Shown here piece after piece: positions 36,464 to 48,975 of a stretch of DNA of 64,000 bases; the stretch's first letter is position 1, and each line of letters opens with the position of its first letter. The DNA is from Mustelus asterias. Lineage: Eukaryota. Location of the stretch: the NCBI RefSeq assembly GCF_964213995.1, contig NC_135804.1, forward strand, positions 43,524,001-43,588,000, read 5' to 3'. A program made the translations under genes and the position numbers. The notes under the pieces were generated by a model. That model worked only from the letters and a program-made list of their open reading frames with translations, was not told the DNA's origin and searched no databases.

Positions 36464-37027
36464 ACTTGAGCAGCGAGCTGCCATAACCCTCCAGTTACCC
36501 CACCACCTCAAGGCTGTACAGCAAATAGAGTTGCAAAGCCTCCAAATAACTGGCGACAGTTACCTCAGCCCTACATCAGGTAAATATTGTCCTCCAAAGT
36601 TCCACCAGCCTTTCAATGTAACTCCTGGCAAAATGGCATCGACCCAATTATACTAGAAATCTTCTGTTTCTAGGAATATTTCAGTGTATTGTAAAGAGTG
36701 GAACTTCTATCGATTCCTTACAAGTTAATTGATGGACAGGGTCAGAGATAGTGTTGGGAACATGCTGAACCAGGTATTCCAGTTGTTCAGGCTTACTAGT
36801 AACCCAACATGGTTGCTGGTGGGTGATAGGTCAAGCGAGAGAAGACATAATAAATACCACAAAGGCTTGTGTCAGCTCCACTGGTGTGGTGTAGACCAGA
36901 CAAGCAGCCTGGACCACCAAAGAATCTTAAGGCATTTTAAAAAATTATTTTGATTTGTACCCTTGCTCAGGAGGTAGAAAAGACCATTGGTGGAGTTGAG
37001 AACAGCAACTCTCTCCACCCCCAACAG

Positions 37028-37258
37028 ATTTGATTTGATTTGATTTATTATTGTCATGTGTACTGGAATATAGTGGAAAGTATTGTTTCTTGTACACTAT
37101 ACAGGCAAACAGACCATTCATAGAGTACATAGGGTAGAAGGAAAGGATAGGGTGCAGAATATAGTGTCGCTGTTACAGGTAGGGTGAAGAAAAAGATCAG
37201 CTTAATATATGATAGGACCATTCAAAAGTCTGACAGCAGGAGACAAGCTGTTCTTGAC
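37028..37258 (-). mobile_element. LINE 3' end (Rex1/Babar-like)
   Basis: (TTTGA)n tail then TTATTATTGTCATGTGTA; homologous to 50668. Confidence 0.6.
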
Positions 37259-37463
37259 ACCAGAGTATCTGGTGAACGTAGGAAGATAAGAACTGGAGAT
37301 ATATTCAAAGTGGAGCTTCATCTATCTGACCCATGCAAACGAGCCCCTGACTGTTCCAGTGGATACAATATCAGGGTCGCTATGACAAAAGGAATTTCTG
37401 GGCCAACTTATTTTCTTAGCTACTTGACCTAAACTTTTGGCATTCCTGAAAAAAGAGTCATTC

Positions 37464-37588
37464 ACCGGAATTCTACTGCCCTGCCCGCCACAGAATCGGA
37501 GCAGGTGAGGGGCGGACAACGGAAATGTCTGTTGACCTTCGGGTGAGAATTTCCAGTCTTGCTCGAGCGAGGTCATAAAATCCTATCC
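37464..37588 (-). mobile_element. ~125-bp MITE
   Basis: CCGGAATTCTAC / CATAAAATCCTATCC. Confidence 0.75.
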
Positions 37589-37934
37589 ATGCCAACTAAG
37601 CTTTACGTCTTGCACTCATCAGGACAGATCGCATGAATACTAACAGTAAAAAGAACAACTATTTGAGCTGGATGAGAAGAGAGTACTGATTGGATGGCAA
37701 GTAGATTTTGGTTGGTAGAGACATTGCCACAGTGAATGCAACGGTGAACAGTTAACTGTTGACCTGTCTGGTTTGAATTTGAACAAAAGCTCGGCAGTTA
37801 TCTTCTTGAACTATTGCAGTCTATGCGGTTTAGGTACACTCACACTGCTGGTAGGAAGGGAATTGTGGAATTTTGACTCTGCAACAGTGAAGCAATGGTG
37901 ATATTGTTCCAGGTCAGGATGTTATATGTGTGAA

Positions 37935-38870
37935 GCAACGATAGCAACCACTTGCGTTTACAAAGCACCTCCAATATAATTACATTTCATAAGGTTGTTT
38001 TCAGGAATGTGAACAACCAAATTTGACACAATGGCCAGTATTTTATGACATCGTTAGGGCGAGGCTCGTAAAATCCCGCCCAAGGCCAACAGAGAATTCC
38101 GTTCTGCAAGCCTTGCCCGCCCCGATTCCGGGCGGGCGTGCCGGTAAAATTTTGGCAGATAGGACTGACAGAAAAAGCTTAGTCAAAATGATAGCTTGTA
38201 AAGGGCATGTTAAAAGAAGATTTATTGAGGGAGTTCCAAAGCTCAGTGCTGGGGCTGCTAAAAACATGGCCTCTAATGGTGAAGCGATTAAAATTGGGGA
38301 TGCGTAAGAGGCCAGTATGAGGAAGTGAAGAGATTTTATGGCTGTAGGGCTGGAGGTGACTATAGAGGCAGGAATGGGAGTTGTCATGGGAGAGATTTTG
38401 AAAATGAGGATGAGAAGTTTAAAATCAAGATGTTAATAGATCGGGAACCAATGTCGGTCTGCAAGTGCAGGGGTGATGGGTGAGAAAGGACTTGGTTCAA
38501 GTTAATAGCTGAGGTTAGGGATATCAAAGGTCTGTATTGGATTTCAGCAACAGCTGAACTGAGGCAAGGGCATGGGTAGCTGACATTATGAAAGCAGAAG
38601 TAGGCAATCTCGGTAATGGTGCAAGTTGTGTTGTCAGAAATTTGCCGAGTGACCAAATGTGACACCAAGATTGCAAACAGTGAGGCTCAGCCTCAGACAA
38701 TGGTTAGGAAGAGGAATGGAGATGGTGGCCACAGAATGTATTTTGTGGTGGGAATTGAGAACAATGTCTTTGGTCTTCCCGATACTGGGAAATTATTGCT
38801 GGACAGTGCTGGATATTGGACAAACAGTGTGGCAAATCGGAGACAGTGAGGAGGTCAAGAGAGGTGGCAG
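37935..38870 (-). mobile_element. Degraded L2 LINE 3' part with nested MITE (38033-38157)
   Basis: L2-like 3' end at ~37945; homologous to 48105-48520. The MITE reads GGCCAGTATTTTATG..GGTAAAATTTTGGC. Confidence 0.6.
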
Positions 38871-39209
38871 TCAAAAGAGCAATCACTCTCAACTGGTCCT
38901 ACATTTCTCCAAAGGCTGTACTTTTTCCTCTCTTGACTCCCTGTCTGCTTGTGCTGCACTTTGAAAAATGGGGGTTTCAGAGCTCTTCCTCCTAGCTCTC
39001 CAGCTGCAGGTTCCCTCTGTCACACTAAAAGCCATTCTGCTCTTCTCCAAAGCCAGTTTACATGCCCCACCCATTCTTTTCCATTGTTTTTCCAGTCCTT
39101 CTGTTCTGAATCCAGCTGGTTCACTCCTCAGGCGTCCTCACGCTGTCACCTAGTCGCCATAACCCGGGGCTTCTGCTCCGTAATTGTGAGTCAAAGATCC
39201 TTTGTGAAT

Positions 39210-42200
39210 TAACTGCACAGCAAAGTGAGGCCACAAAGAATCAACACGCTGAACTTGTGAAGCCCAATGCTGCAGACGTAAGCGGGTGGGGCATATTGGC
39301 CAAAATTGTAGAGCGCAACTTAAAGAGGAAAAGGGGAGTTGGCAAGAGACTAACCTGAAGACAAAGCATAAGGTACCTGCCACCAGCCAGGAAGGGGACA
39401 GGGAATCAGCCATCTCTACGGAAAAAGCAGAAGAGCCTACATTTATGGAATTTCAGCTAAACATCTTATCAGTCCGAGGAGAAACTGATTAGTTCCAGGT
39501 CCTTTCCAAGTAGGAAGGGAAGACAATTAAAATGGAGGTGGACATGGGGGCAGTGGTGTCGTTGATTCCTGACTCAGCATACAGAGATAAATTGAAAGCA
39601 CTGCCGAGATTACCGTATGTGCCTGCACAGAACAAGTGGTGCCACTGAAAGGATATGTACTGTTGAAGGTACAGCTAAGGGATCAGTGTGCAGAGTTACC
39701 ATTGTACTTGGTCAAAGGTAACTACCCTGCTTTGTTTGTGTGCTCCTGGTTGCAGAAATTGAAATTAAATTGGGGTGTCGTGAATAGGCTGGCAGACTCG
39801 AGAGCAAGTCTACAAGACGTCCTAGATAAGTATAAGGACATATTCAAGGCGACCCTGGGTGAGATGAATGGGGTTGAAATTAAAATTCATTTGAAGCCAG
39901 AGACTCGTCCAAGGAATCTGACGGTGTGTCCAGTACCGTATGTCATCTGGCCAAAAGTGGAGGCACAACTAGAATGGCTGGTGAACATGGGAGCATTGGA
40001 GGCAGTAACCACAAGCAAGTGGGCCACCCTAATTATTCCAATTTTAAAAATGGATGGCACAGTTACAATCTGGGGGACTTCATGGTCACCGTCAACCCAG
40101 CACTGTGAGCAGATCAATACCCACTTCCTCTCATTGAGGACCTGTTTAGCAGATTGGCAGGAGGGAAGAAATTTTCAAAGATGGATCTGTCACAGACATA
40201 TCTTCAAATGGCTGTCATTAAAGAGTCCCAACCACCCTGACAATGGTAACTCACCAGAGACTTTTCCACTCCATCCCTTTGGCATCACGTCAGGGGTAGC
40301 CCTTTTCCAGAGGGCAATGAATCAAACATTGAGTAGGTTATCGTGGGTCCAGTATTACCTGGTAAATATTTTGGTGACAGGCTCCACCGAAGAAGAGCAT
40401 TTGAAGAACATTGAAGAGACCCTTAGAAGGTTGCAGGAGCATGACCTGCAAGTAAAGAAAGAAAAATGCGAATTGTTTAAAGATACGATTGAATACCTAG
40501 GCCATGTCATCGATTAGGGTAGGTATACACCAGGCACCAAAGAAAATGAATGCCATTATTAAGGCACCTAGACCAGAAAACATATCGCAATCGTTCCTGG
40601 GGTTGGTAAACTAATATGGCAAGTTCGTACCAGATCTGGCAACCATGTTAAAACCTTTACATTGGCTGCCTGGGAAAGGCCGGCCATGGAGATGGACCCA
40701 GGGTTGTGAGGAGGCTTATTGGGAGCTAAATCAAGCCAGAAGGAGGCCAAAAACGTACTAACCCATTTCAACCCGAAGTTGTCATTGCAATTAACCTGCA
40801 ATGCCTCACTTTATGAGTTTGGCGATGTATTGTCGCATGTATTGTCTAATGGAAAGGAAAGACCCATTGCCTTCCTGTCAAGATCGTTGACGAAAATGGA
40901 GGAAACTATGCCCAGAACAAAAAGGAAGGACTGAGTATTGTGTTTGGGGTGAAGAAATTCTCACATTTCCCATACGGCTGGCATTTCACGGTGGCACAGT
41001 GGTTAGCACTGCTGCCTCACAGCGCCAGGAACCCTGGTTCGATTCCCGGCTTGGGTCACTGTCTGTGCAGAGTCTGCATGTTCTCCCTGTGCCTGTGTGG
41101 GTTTCCTCCGGGTGCTCCGGTTTCCTCCCACAGTCTGAAAGATGTGCTGGCTAGGTGCATTGGCCATGCTACATTCTCCCTCAGTATACCCAAACAGGCG
41201 CCGGAGTGTGGAGACTAGGGGATTTTCGCTGTAACTTCATTGCATTGTTCATGTAAGCCTACTTGTGACAATAATAAATACACTTCCGTGGTGCTAACCA
41301 ATCACAGACCCCCTCACCACTCGTTTTCAGAATACCATCTATAGCAGCAGCGCGCCTACAGAGATGGGCACTGCCTCTATCAGCATACTACCACAACATA
41401 CGATATCGAAAATCAGAGGCATGGCAATGCAGATGCTCTTTCAAGGCTGCCTCTTCCTGGAGGAATGGATGTTCCGGATTGGAATTTGAAAATCATGTAT
41501 TTTTATCAAGAAGATAAGGTACCAGTGTCCACAGCCCAGGTTTGCAAAATACCTGTAATGACCCAGTCTTAAGTCAAGTCATGGATTTAGTCTTGAGAGG
41601 GAGGACCAGCTGTAGAAATCAGCCAGATTTATGCCCCTACCTGTCCAGGAGGTGGGATTTGTCCATGTCAGACAGATGTCTATTGTGAGGGATGAGAGTG
41701 GTCATTTCTCCCATGTTAAGAGGCAAGATGCTGGAACAAGTGCACAAAGGGCATCCACGCATGTTGCAAATGAAGGAGATTGCCTAGAGCTATTTTTGGT
41801 GATCGAGTGCAGACTCCCAGATCAAGGAGAGGACAGGTCCTTGTGAATCATGTGTAATAGTGCAAAAGGCACCGCCACCATCACCCCTTCACCCATGGGA
41901 ATGGCGTAAAGCTCCTTGGCAATGGATCCATGTAGTCTTCACAGGTCCGTGGAGGTACAAATGTTATTTGTGGTGGTCGATGTCCACTCCAAGTGGCCTC
42001 AGTGGAAGTCATGAAGTGGGTGTCTGCAGAGGTGACAATAGATCGGCTTGACTCACTATTTGCTAGATTTGGGAATCCCGAACAAGTGGTATAAGGGAAC
42101 CAGAAAGGATGGATAACCCAAAGGGAGGTGAATTCCTAGTCAAGGAGTTTCCAGAAAGGAGACACCCTGCTGGCCAGAAACTATATATCAGGTGAGAAAT

Positions 42201-42724
42201 GGGTCCCAGCGACAGTGGTGGCCCAAACTAGACCATTGTCATATACAGTGCAGACCAAGGATGAGCTGGTCAGGAGGAGGCACACAGATTAGCTGGTCAC
42301 CGCACCTTATCCACGGAGGGACGTGCTCCAAGATCCTGAAGTGGGTCAGACAGAACCAGAGGAACTGATCGAGCCAAGTGTTCCTGAGGCAGGGGTAGCC
42401 TTACCCGAGAAGGTGTTGGCAATGCCTATGGAAGACAGATACCAATCTTGAGAGGAAGATATAAATGTGGGGCAAGAACTTCTAGGAATTCAGGAAATGA
42501 CACCCGGGAAGGTTCCTGAGACAAGGAGATGTTCATCCAGGAATCGCTGTTCCCCCAGAAAGCCTGGTTATGTCAATATAGACATTAATTGGAGTAATTG
42601 TTCATGTTTCCCTGTGTGTGTGTGCGTGTGCGTGCATGTGTGCGTGTGTTGGGGTTAACACCCACATACGTTTGTAAATTTCTATATACGTTCCAGGGGA
42701 ATTTTTGAAATAAGAGGGGAGGGG
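39210..42724 (+). mobile_element. Decayed Ty3/Gypsy LTR retrotransposon internal region (gag-PR-RT-RH-IN)
   Basis: Zn-knuckle remnant C...GHIGQNCR (~39270); protease MEVDMGAVVSLI (~39532); RT PFGITS...FQRAM...YLVNILV...IEYLGHVID (39636-40517); RNase H LTCNASLYEFGDVL..ERPIAFLSRSLT; integrase LHPWEW..APWQWIHV.FTGP; PPT AAGAGGGGAGGGG at 42712. Many stops and frameshifts; no LTRs recognised. Confidence 0.92.
40987..41280 (+). mobile_element. V-SINE (alternative tail) inserted into the Gypsy RNase H region
   Basis: Interrupts HFTV|LTNH; tail ends ATGTAAGCCTACTTGTGACAATAATAAATA. Confidence 0.9.
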
Positions 42725-42755
42725 TATATTTATTTATGTATGTAATTAAGAGAGT

Positions 42756-43641
42756 GGGGCACAAGCTCCACCCTGGGTGGAGCTGGGAGACATCAACGGG
42801 GGGTCTATAGCAGGACTTGCAACCAGCATCTGGCCGAGCATGAGTTCCCCAGGCCCTCTTTTTGATGTAATCAGCCTCATGCTGGGAATCAGCCCGAGGC
42901 TGATTACAATATGGAAATTCATATCTCCATGTTATCAGTGAGCCCAGGATGGTATTCTCTGAACTCGCTAATGAGGATCAGGCTTGACCGCCCTGTGGTG
43001 GGGACAGAGGCCACTGAAGCACCCACGGGAGGTCGATGAAAAGGAAGGTGCCCCTTGAGCAGTGCCAGGCACTGCCAACCTGGCACACTGGTTCTGCCCA
43101 CCAGGCACCGGGCAATGCCAAGGGGGTAGTGTCAGAGCAGGATTGGGGCCCACTGGGGGGCAGGACTGTTCAGTGGTGGGAGGGGTGACCTGCACTCTGC
43201 ATTAGAGATCGGTGAGAGATGGAAGGAAGAGGGCAATCAGGGCTGCACATGGGGATGGGGGCTCAAGGCTGGATGTGGGGGGGGGGCGGAAATCAGGGCT
43301 GGCCATTGGGGCACAGTCAGGGCTGACCATGGGGGCTGGTGATTGGGACTGGCCCATGTGTGGTTGTGAAGCCGGCAATCAGCGGGGAGCCTGAGAAGCA
43401 ATCGGTAGGGCGGCAATCAGGAGGCCGGTGATGGGGGGTGCCAGTCCACATGCGTAGATCTCCCTCCTGACAAATTGCTGCATGCATAATGGCCCATTCA
43501 GCACTATGCTACTGGCCTCTCCAGCAGGATGAGGCCCCACCATCCCCTTAACAGCGTGAATCCCCCTGCAGCACTCTGTGATGCACACTCCCGTTTTCCC
43601 ACCTGTAGGGCACTTAGTTTTATTTTGGGAGAATTTCCCCC
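42756..43641 (-). mobile_element. ~890-bp non-autonomous TIR element
   Basis: Right end GGGAGAATTTCCCCC; reverse-complement homolog of 3413-4459. Confidence 0.7.
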
Positions 43642-43644
43642 AAT

Positions 43645-43932
43645 ATTTGTGATGTTGACTGAGGAATAAATATTGGCCAGGACACCGGGTGGGGTGGGGG
43701 AGGGGAGCGGGGGGGCCTGGTAACTTTCCTGTTCTCCTTCGAAATAATGCCATTAGCTCTTTTACATCAACTTGGTTTAAGGTCTCATCTGAAAGGCAGC
43801 ACCTCCGACAGTGCCAGCACACCCTCAGCTCTGGGCTTGAGTATCAGCCTTGATTCTAGTGCTGAAGACCTTGGAGTCAGACTTGAACCTGAAGCAGAAA
43901 CTTGAACCTTGACCCAGAGACACAAATACAAC
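43645..43932 (-). mobile_element. DeuSINE (SacSINE1/AmnSINE1-related)
   Basis: Minus strand CTGAGGGTGTGCTGGCACTGTCGGAGGTGCTGCCTTTCAGATGAGACCTTAAACC...GGTGTCCTGGCCAATATTTATTCCTCA matches the Deu-domain consensus as I recall it. Confidence 0.8.
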
Positions 43933-44281
43933 TAACTGAACCACAGCTGACGCACATGGAACACGCGCTGACACCTAAAGTGCAAAAATTACTTTGAAGT
44001 AATTGACAAAATGTTTGTGGTATTTATTTTCAGGCATTACCTTCAGTGAGGAAGTTTTAAATTGGTAGTAAAACCACCACTCTAAAGCAAGTTGCTGCAA
44101 CCACTGGTGGCAATGGTGAGAGAAGACCATTTTCAGTCGACTATTATTTTGTGCAGCAGAACAAAATAGGTGGAATTAAGTGGACATAAAATTGGGAGAC
44201 ATGTAAGACAGGTTGTTCACTCACTGCACACTGGCATCTAGGGTGCCAGTGTCTGGAGTTTTTAATTTGTGAATTTTATTC

Positions 44282-44623
44282 GCACGGTAGCACAGTGGTT
44301 AGCACTGCTGCTTCACAGCTCCAGGGACCTGGGTTCAATTCCTGGCTTGAGTCACTGTCTGTGTGGAGTTTGCACACTCTCCTCGTGTCTGCGTGGGTTC
44401 CCTCCGGGTGCTCCGGTTTCCTCCCACAGTCCAAAGATGTGCGAGTTAAGTCGATTGGCCATGCTAAAATTGCCCCTTAGTGTCCTGAGATGTGTAGGTT
44501 AGAGGGATTAGTGGGTAAATATGTAGAGATATGGGGATAGGGCCTGGGTGGGATTGTGATCGGTGCAGACTCGATGGGCCCAACGGCCTCTTTCTGCACT
44601 GTAGGGTTTCTATGATTTCTATG
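44282..44623 (+). mobile_element. HE1-type V-SINE, full length
   Basis: Complete head, V-domain and tail. Confidence 0.93.
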
Positions 44624-44683
44624 ATATTTGCCCCATTCATTTAAATGTAAAGGAAAGCTGACAGTGAAATATCCCCCAGCCAA

Positions 44684-44987
44684 TAGAATCCCTACAGTGT
44701 AGAAGGAGGCCATTCGACCCATCGAGTCTGCACCAACCACAATCCCACCCAGGCCCTATCCCCATAACCCTACTTATTTATCCAACTAACCCCCTGACAC
44801 TAAGGGGCAATTTAGCATGGCCAATCCATCTAACCCGCACATCTTTGGAAGGAAATCGGAGCACCTGGAGGAAACCCACGCAGACACGGGGAGAATGTGC
44901 AAATTCCACACAGTGACCCAAGCTGGGAATCGAACCCGGGTCTCCGGCGCTGTGAGGCAGCAGTGCTAACGATTGTGCCACTGTGCC
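44684..44987 (-). mobile_element. HE1-type V-SINE
   Basis: Tail-to-tail with the 44282 copy. Confidence 0.93.
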
Positions 44988-45978
44988 ACTCTTAACAGCT
45001 AGAATTGCCACCTCAAACTTGGGGCTAAAAGCTCTTTTCTCCCCTGTGGAAGTAACTCTTTTGTCAAAGAATGAGGGAGTAACGACTGGGAGTGTCAACT
45101 GTGGCAAGAATTGTCATCCTCTGTCCGGCTCTCAGGCTCAAGAAACCAGCGCAGTGGGGAATGGGAAACCGAGGTGAGTTCATCAGAGGCATGTCTGTGA
45201 GGGGGAGGGTGTTGAAGAAGGAGAAAACAACCAAAAAGAAATAGCCATTGTCAAAATAATGGATATAAATAACACAAGGAAACAACTTTACCGGGGTTCT
45301 GTTGAAAAAAAAAGTAGATGGGCAGTGGGAGGAGAAAATGAGACTACTCATAATAAACAAAGTATTAGCTTATAGAACTCTTATCACACAAGAGATCTTT
45401 AGCTGCTGTGCAGAAATGCCCTAAAGCACATACCATCCTCTTCCGTAGCCTTTTCCCCAGCCATTTCTGTTGTAAAGTTTGATGATGAAGTCTTAAAAGC
45501 AGTTTGATCTACTCCTGAAGGGCCCTGTCAAGGGTCAAATGACTCATAAACGAGAGAAGAGTGACATAAACCCATCAACCTGCAGCATTAATGCAACACA
45601 ACACTTGCCAATTATTGAACAGTGTAGAAACTAAGTATGTTTGTTATATTTTGCTCCTTATTGAGTGTTACACCCATAAACATGAAAATGTGTTATGTCA
45701 GTTAGACCAATGGTAAGCAATGCAATTTGTGTTTGTGCTAAAGATTAATCTTAAATTTTATTTAGTACAGCACATAAAGTAGAATAAGTGTGAAGATTTG
45801 TTTTACTGTCCTGGGCTATGAAATACATTGACTGCTAATAGAAGAATTTAAATTTAATTGAGGCGATGCAAGGGTGATTGTTGAGAATATGTTAAAAGTA
45901 TTTAAATTTTGAATAAGTTGAGAGGTTCAGTTAGAATGGAAAATAAAGCTGCAATGAATTTCAGGCTTCAAATGTCAT

Positions 45979-46115
45979 GGTTGGAATTCTCCGACTTCGC
46001 CTGTGGCTGGAATGATCCAGTCCTGCTGCTGTGAACAGAGATTTGCCTGAGCACCAAATTTTCCATTCTCGCTGGCAGCGATAGCAGGGCGTGCGGAGAC
46101 TGGAGAATTCCAGAC
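45979..46115 (+). mobile_element. ~135-bp MITE
   Basis: GGTTGGAATTCTCC / GGAGAATTCCAGAC; CAT/AAT flanks. Confidence 0.8.
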
Positions 46116-46230
46116 AATGTGTTTAATGCATAGTTTGCACTGACTTCAGCCAAGCTGGAGGTAGCGAGAGGAACTTTGAGACACTGTTGTTATGGAGGGG
46201 ACATTTGTCCAGATCTCCTGCTGCCAATGG

Positions 46231-46231
46231 C

Positions 46232-46262
<31 letters not shown>

Positions 46263-46326
46263 CGTGTGTATGTGCATGTGTGCGTACGTGCATGTGTACG
46301 TATGTGCGTGTGTGTGTATGCGTGTG
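46231..46326. repeat. (TG)n/(RY)n microsatellite
   Basis: About 95 bp of alternating purine-pyrimidine. Confidence 0.95.
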
Positions 46327-47749
46327 GACAATGTCCTCGTGGTTCAATAGTCCCTTCGTAGTTGATGGAGGACTCTTTGCACCCATGGTGCATTATCTCA
46401 GCAGGTAGCCAAATTCCTATGGGGAAGGGGAGGAAGAAAACTGGACTGGGAATATGAACAATAAATTCCAGCCAAATTAGGAATAAACCCGTAAAGAATC
46501 TATCTAGAGAAAATAAGCCATGTACTTTCAAGGCTAGTTTTGGAAGATTGTGACTTCATAGCATCATAAGGCTAGAATTTCACCAAAAACTGCACAGCTC
46601 AATACATAGCAAAGACAAAGAGGGGATAGCATTATATCGGCTTTCATCTGTTATAATGGGATCAAAAAATAAAGTTGTATGCCATCCATCTGTCCCTTCT
46701 CCCCCTTCTCCCCTCTGTGTCACTTTTGTTGCTATCTCCACTTTCTGCTTAGGGCACTTGGCCCTCTACATAAAGAATAAACAGTTTGAAAGAAGCTCAC
46801 AACAACCAATTGAACTGTTTCCACATCATGACAAACAGATTTGAGTATCATCTACGCCTTTAGGGAAAAGCTGCTAAGTGACAGGAAAAGCCAGTTTTTT
46901 TTTAACTGCAGCAAGATTTCATTACAACTCCAGGGGTATTAAATGAGTTGCTCTGGGCCTGAGTTGCATTCCATACTCCAAAGTGGTGGGAACAACTTGG
47001 AGGAGCAGCAATGAGTTTTGGTCTTTGATCTGGTGTCACAATCCCTAAGTAAAACTCACTCGAGGCAGGATAGAAAGATGAAACTTTGCTTGGTTTAGCT
47101 TCCACCTGGTGTATCACTTGTGTTAGGCCTATTAGTCTGACCTGGTGAGACAGGCATGTCAAGCTGTAGTTTGAGATCACATGTAGATGGATTCAGACTG
47201 CTGTTTGCACTGAATTGTGTGAACACTTTGCAAAACAATCAGCTTCCTTGTCGTGTAAATGAATATGACATTGGGTTAAAAAAAACCCATAAGATATTTA
47301 CATCCTGCCCAAAACAAAGGAAAGCGAATAATGAGACAAACTTGTCTTCAGCTGACACCGAAGAATTTTTCTGAACTTTGAAAAAAAAATGTTGTCATTA
47401 CTCATCCAGTCTGTGCGTGGAACTGTTGTGCTGTAACAACAAGAGGTAACTGTTGATGAGAATATATTAAAATGTTGATTCCAGTCTCTTAGACCATTTA
47501 GGGTGTTAACTCTGCTGTCCCTTGGTTCAAATGTTTCAACATAACTGGTGGGTATTTGAAAAGCGCTTCTCCTCTGAGAACGGACATGCTAAAGCAGCAG
47601 TGACAAAAACAGGGAAATGTTCTTATCAGTTTCTCTATGTATTTTTATTCTTGAGGATGGCACTTTAAACGAAGTAATTATTTTATTTGTTTTTATTTTC
47701 TTCCCCTCTATGGTCTTTCACTATTATTGGAAAGGTCAATGTTTAATGT

Positions 47750-48040
47750 TTATTTATTAGTGTCACAAGTAGGCTTACATTAACATTGCAGTGAAGTTAC
47801 TGGGAAAATCCCCTAGTCATCGCACTCCGGCGCCTGTTCAGGTATACTGAGGGAGAATTTAGCATGGCCAATGCACCTAACCTTTCAGACTGTGGGAGGA
47901 AACCGGAGCACCTAGAGGAAACCCACGCAGACATGGGGAGAACATGCATACTCCGCACAGACAGTCACCCAAGCCGGAAATCGAACCCTGGTCCCTGGCA
48001 TTGTGAGGCAGCAGTGCTAACCATTGTGCCACTATGCCGC
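47750..48040 (-). mobile_element. V-SINE (alternative tail)
   Basis: Reverse complement of the 40987-41280 type. Confidence 0.9.
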
Positions 48041-48104
48041 CCTAGACTGGATGGTTTGATGGCAATCGTTTTCATGTCTCGTTTCGATGCCCTCCTTCTA
48101 TTAC

Positions 48105-48520
48105 AACAAGATGTTGCATTTGTATATTGCGTTTCAGATCATTAAATGCCTCGAGCGGTTTCATAGGAGCATCATCAAACAAAACTTGACACTCAACCAC
48201 ATAAGCAGTTATTAAGACAAGTGCCTGAAAGCTTGGTCAAAGAGCAAGCTTTCAAAATGAGTCTTAAAGGAGGAATGTTAGGCAGAGAGATTTAGGATGG
48301 AAATTCCAGAGCGGAGGGCCAAGGCTGCTGAAGATTATATCCCCAATTATATTCACTCACCAATTGATGACTGAATATAATCAGGAACTGTAAGAAGCCA
48401 GAATTGGAGGAGTGCAAAGATTTTGGAGGATTCTAGGGCTGGAGGAAGTTACAGACAGAGGAATTAAAGGGTCAGGTCATGGGAGGATTTGAAATTAAGG
48501 ATTAGAATTTTAAAGTTTGG
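48105..48520 (-). mobile_element. Degraded L2 LINE 3' end
   Basis: ACAACAAGATGTTGCATTTGTATATTGCGTTT...AAACTTGACAC...; homologous to 37935-38420. Confidence 0.6.
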
Positions 48521-48578
48521 TGAGCTAATGGGGGATCTCCATGGAAAAATAATGAAAGGTAAATATTAAGGGCAGCTA

Positions 48579-48895
48579 ATAGAGTCATAGAAATAGAGGT
48601 TTACAGCATGGAAACAGGCCCTTCGGCCCAACTTGTCCATGCCGCCCTTTTTTTTTAAACCCCTAAGCTAATCCCAATTGCCCGCATTTGGCCCATATCC
48701 CTCTATACCCATCGTATCCATGTAACTATCTAAATGCTTTTTAAAAGATAAAATTATAACCGCCTCTACTACTACCTCTGGCAGCTTGTTCCAGACACTC
48801 ACCACCCGCTGTGTGAAAAAATTGCCCCTCTGGACACTTTTGTATCTCTCCCCTCTCACCTTAAACCTATGCCCTCTAGTTTTAGACTCCCCTAC
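48579..48895 (-). mobile_element. CR1 LINE 3' fragment
   Basis: GESKTRGHRFKVRG...FFTQRVVSVWNKLP. Confidence 0.92.
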
Positions 48896-48975
48896 TTGTC
48901 TGAATAACAGTGACAATTTATTGTTGTAAAAACCCATCTGGTTACTCTTTAGGGAAGGAAATCTGCAATCCTTGG

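Noticed and set aside
44034-44114. Plus-strand exon (TTTTCAG / GTGAGA)
   Set aside because: Stop codons in all three frames and only moderate splice signals.
45084-45125. Possible pre-miRNA hairpin
   Set aside because: Stem only ~15 bp with three mismatches; no known mature miRNA recognised.
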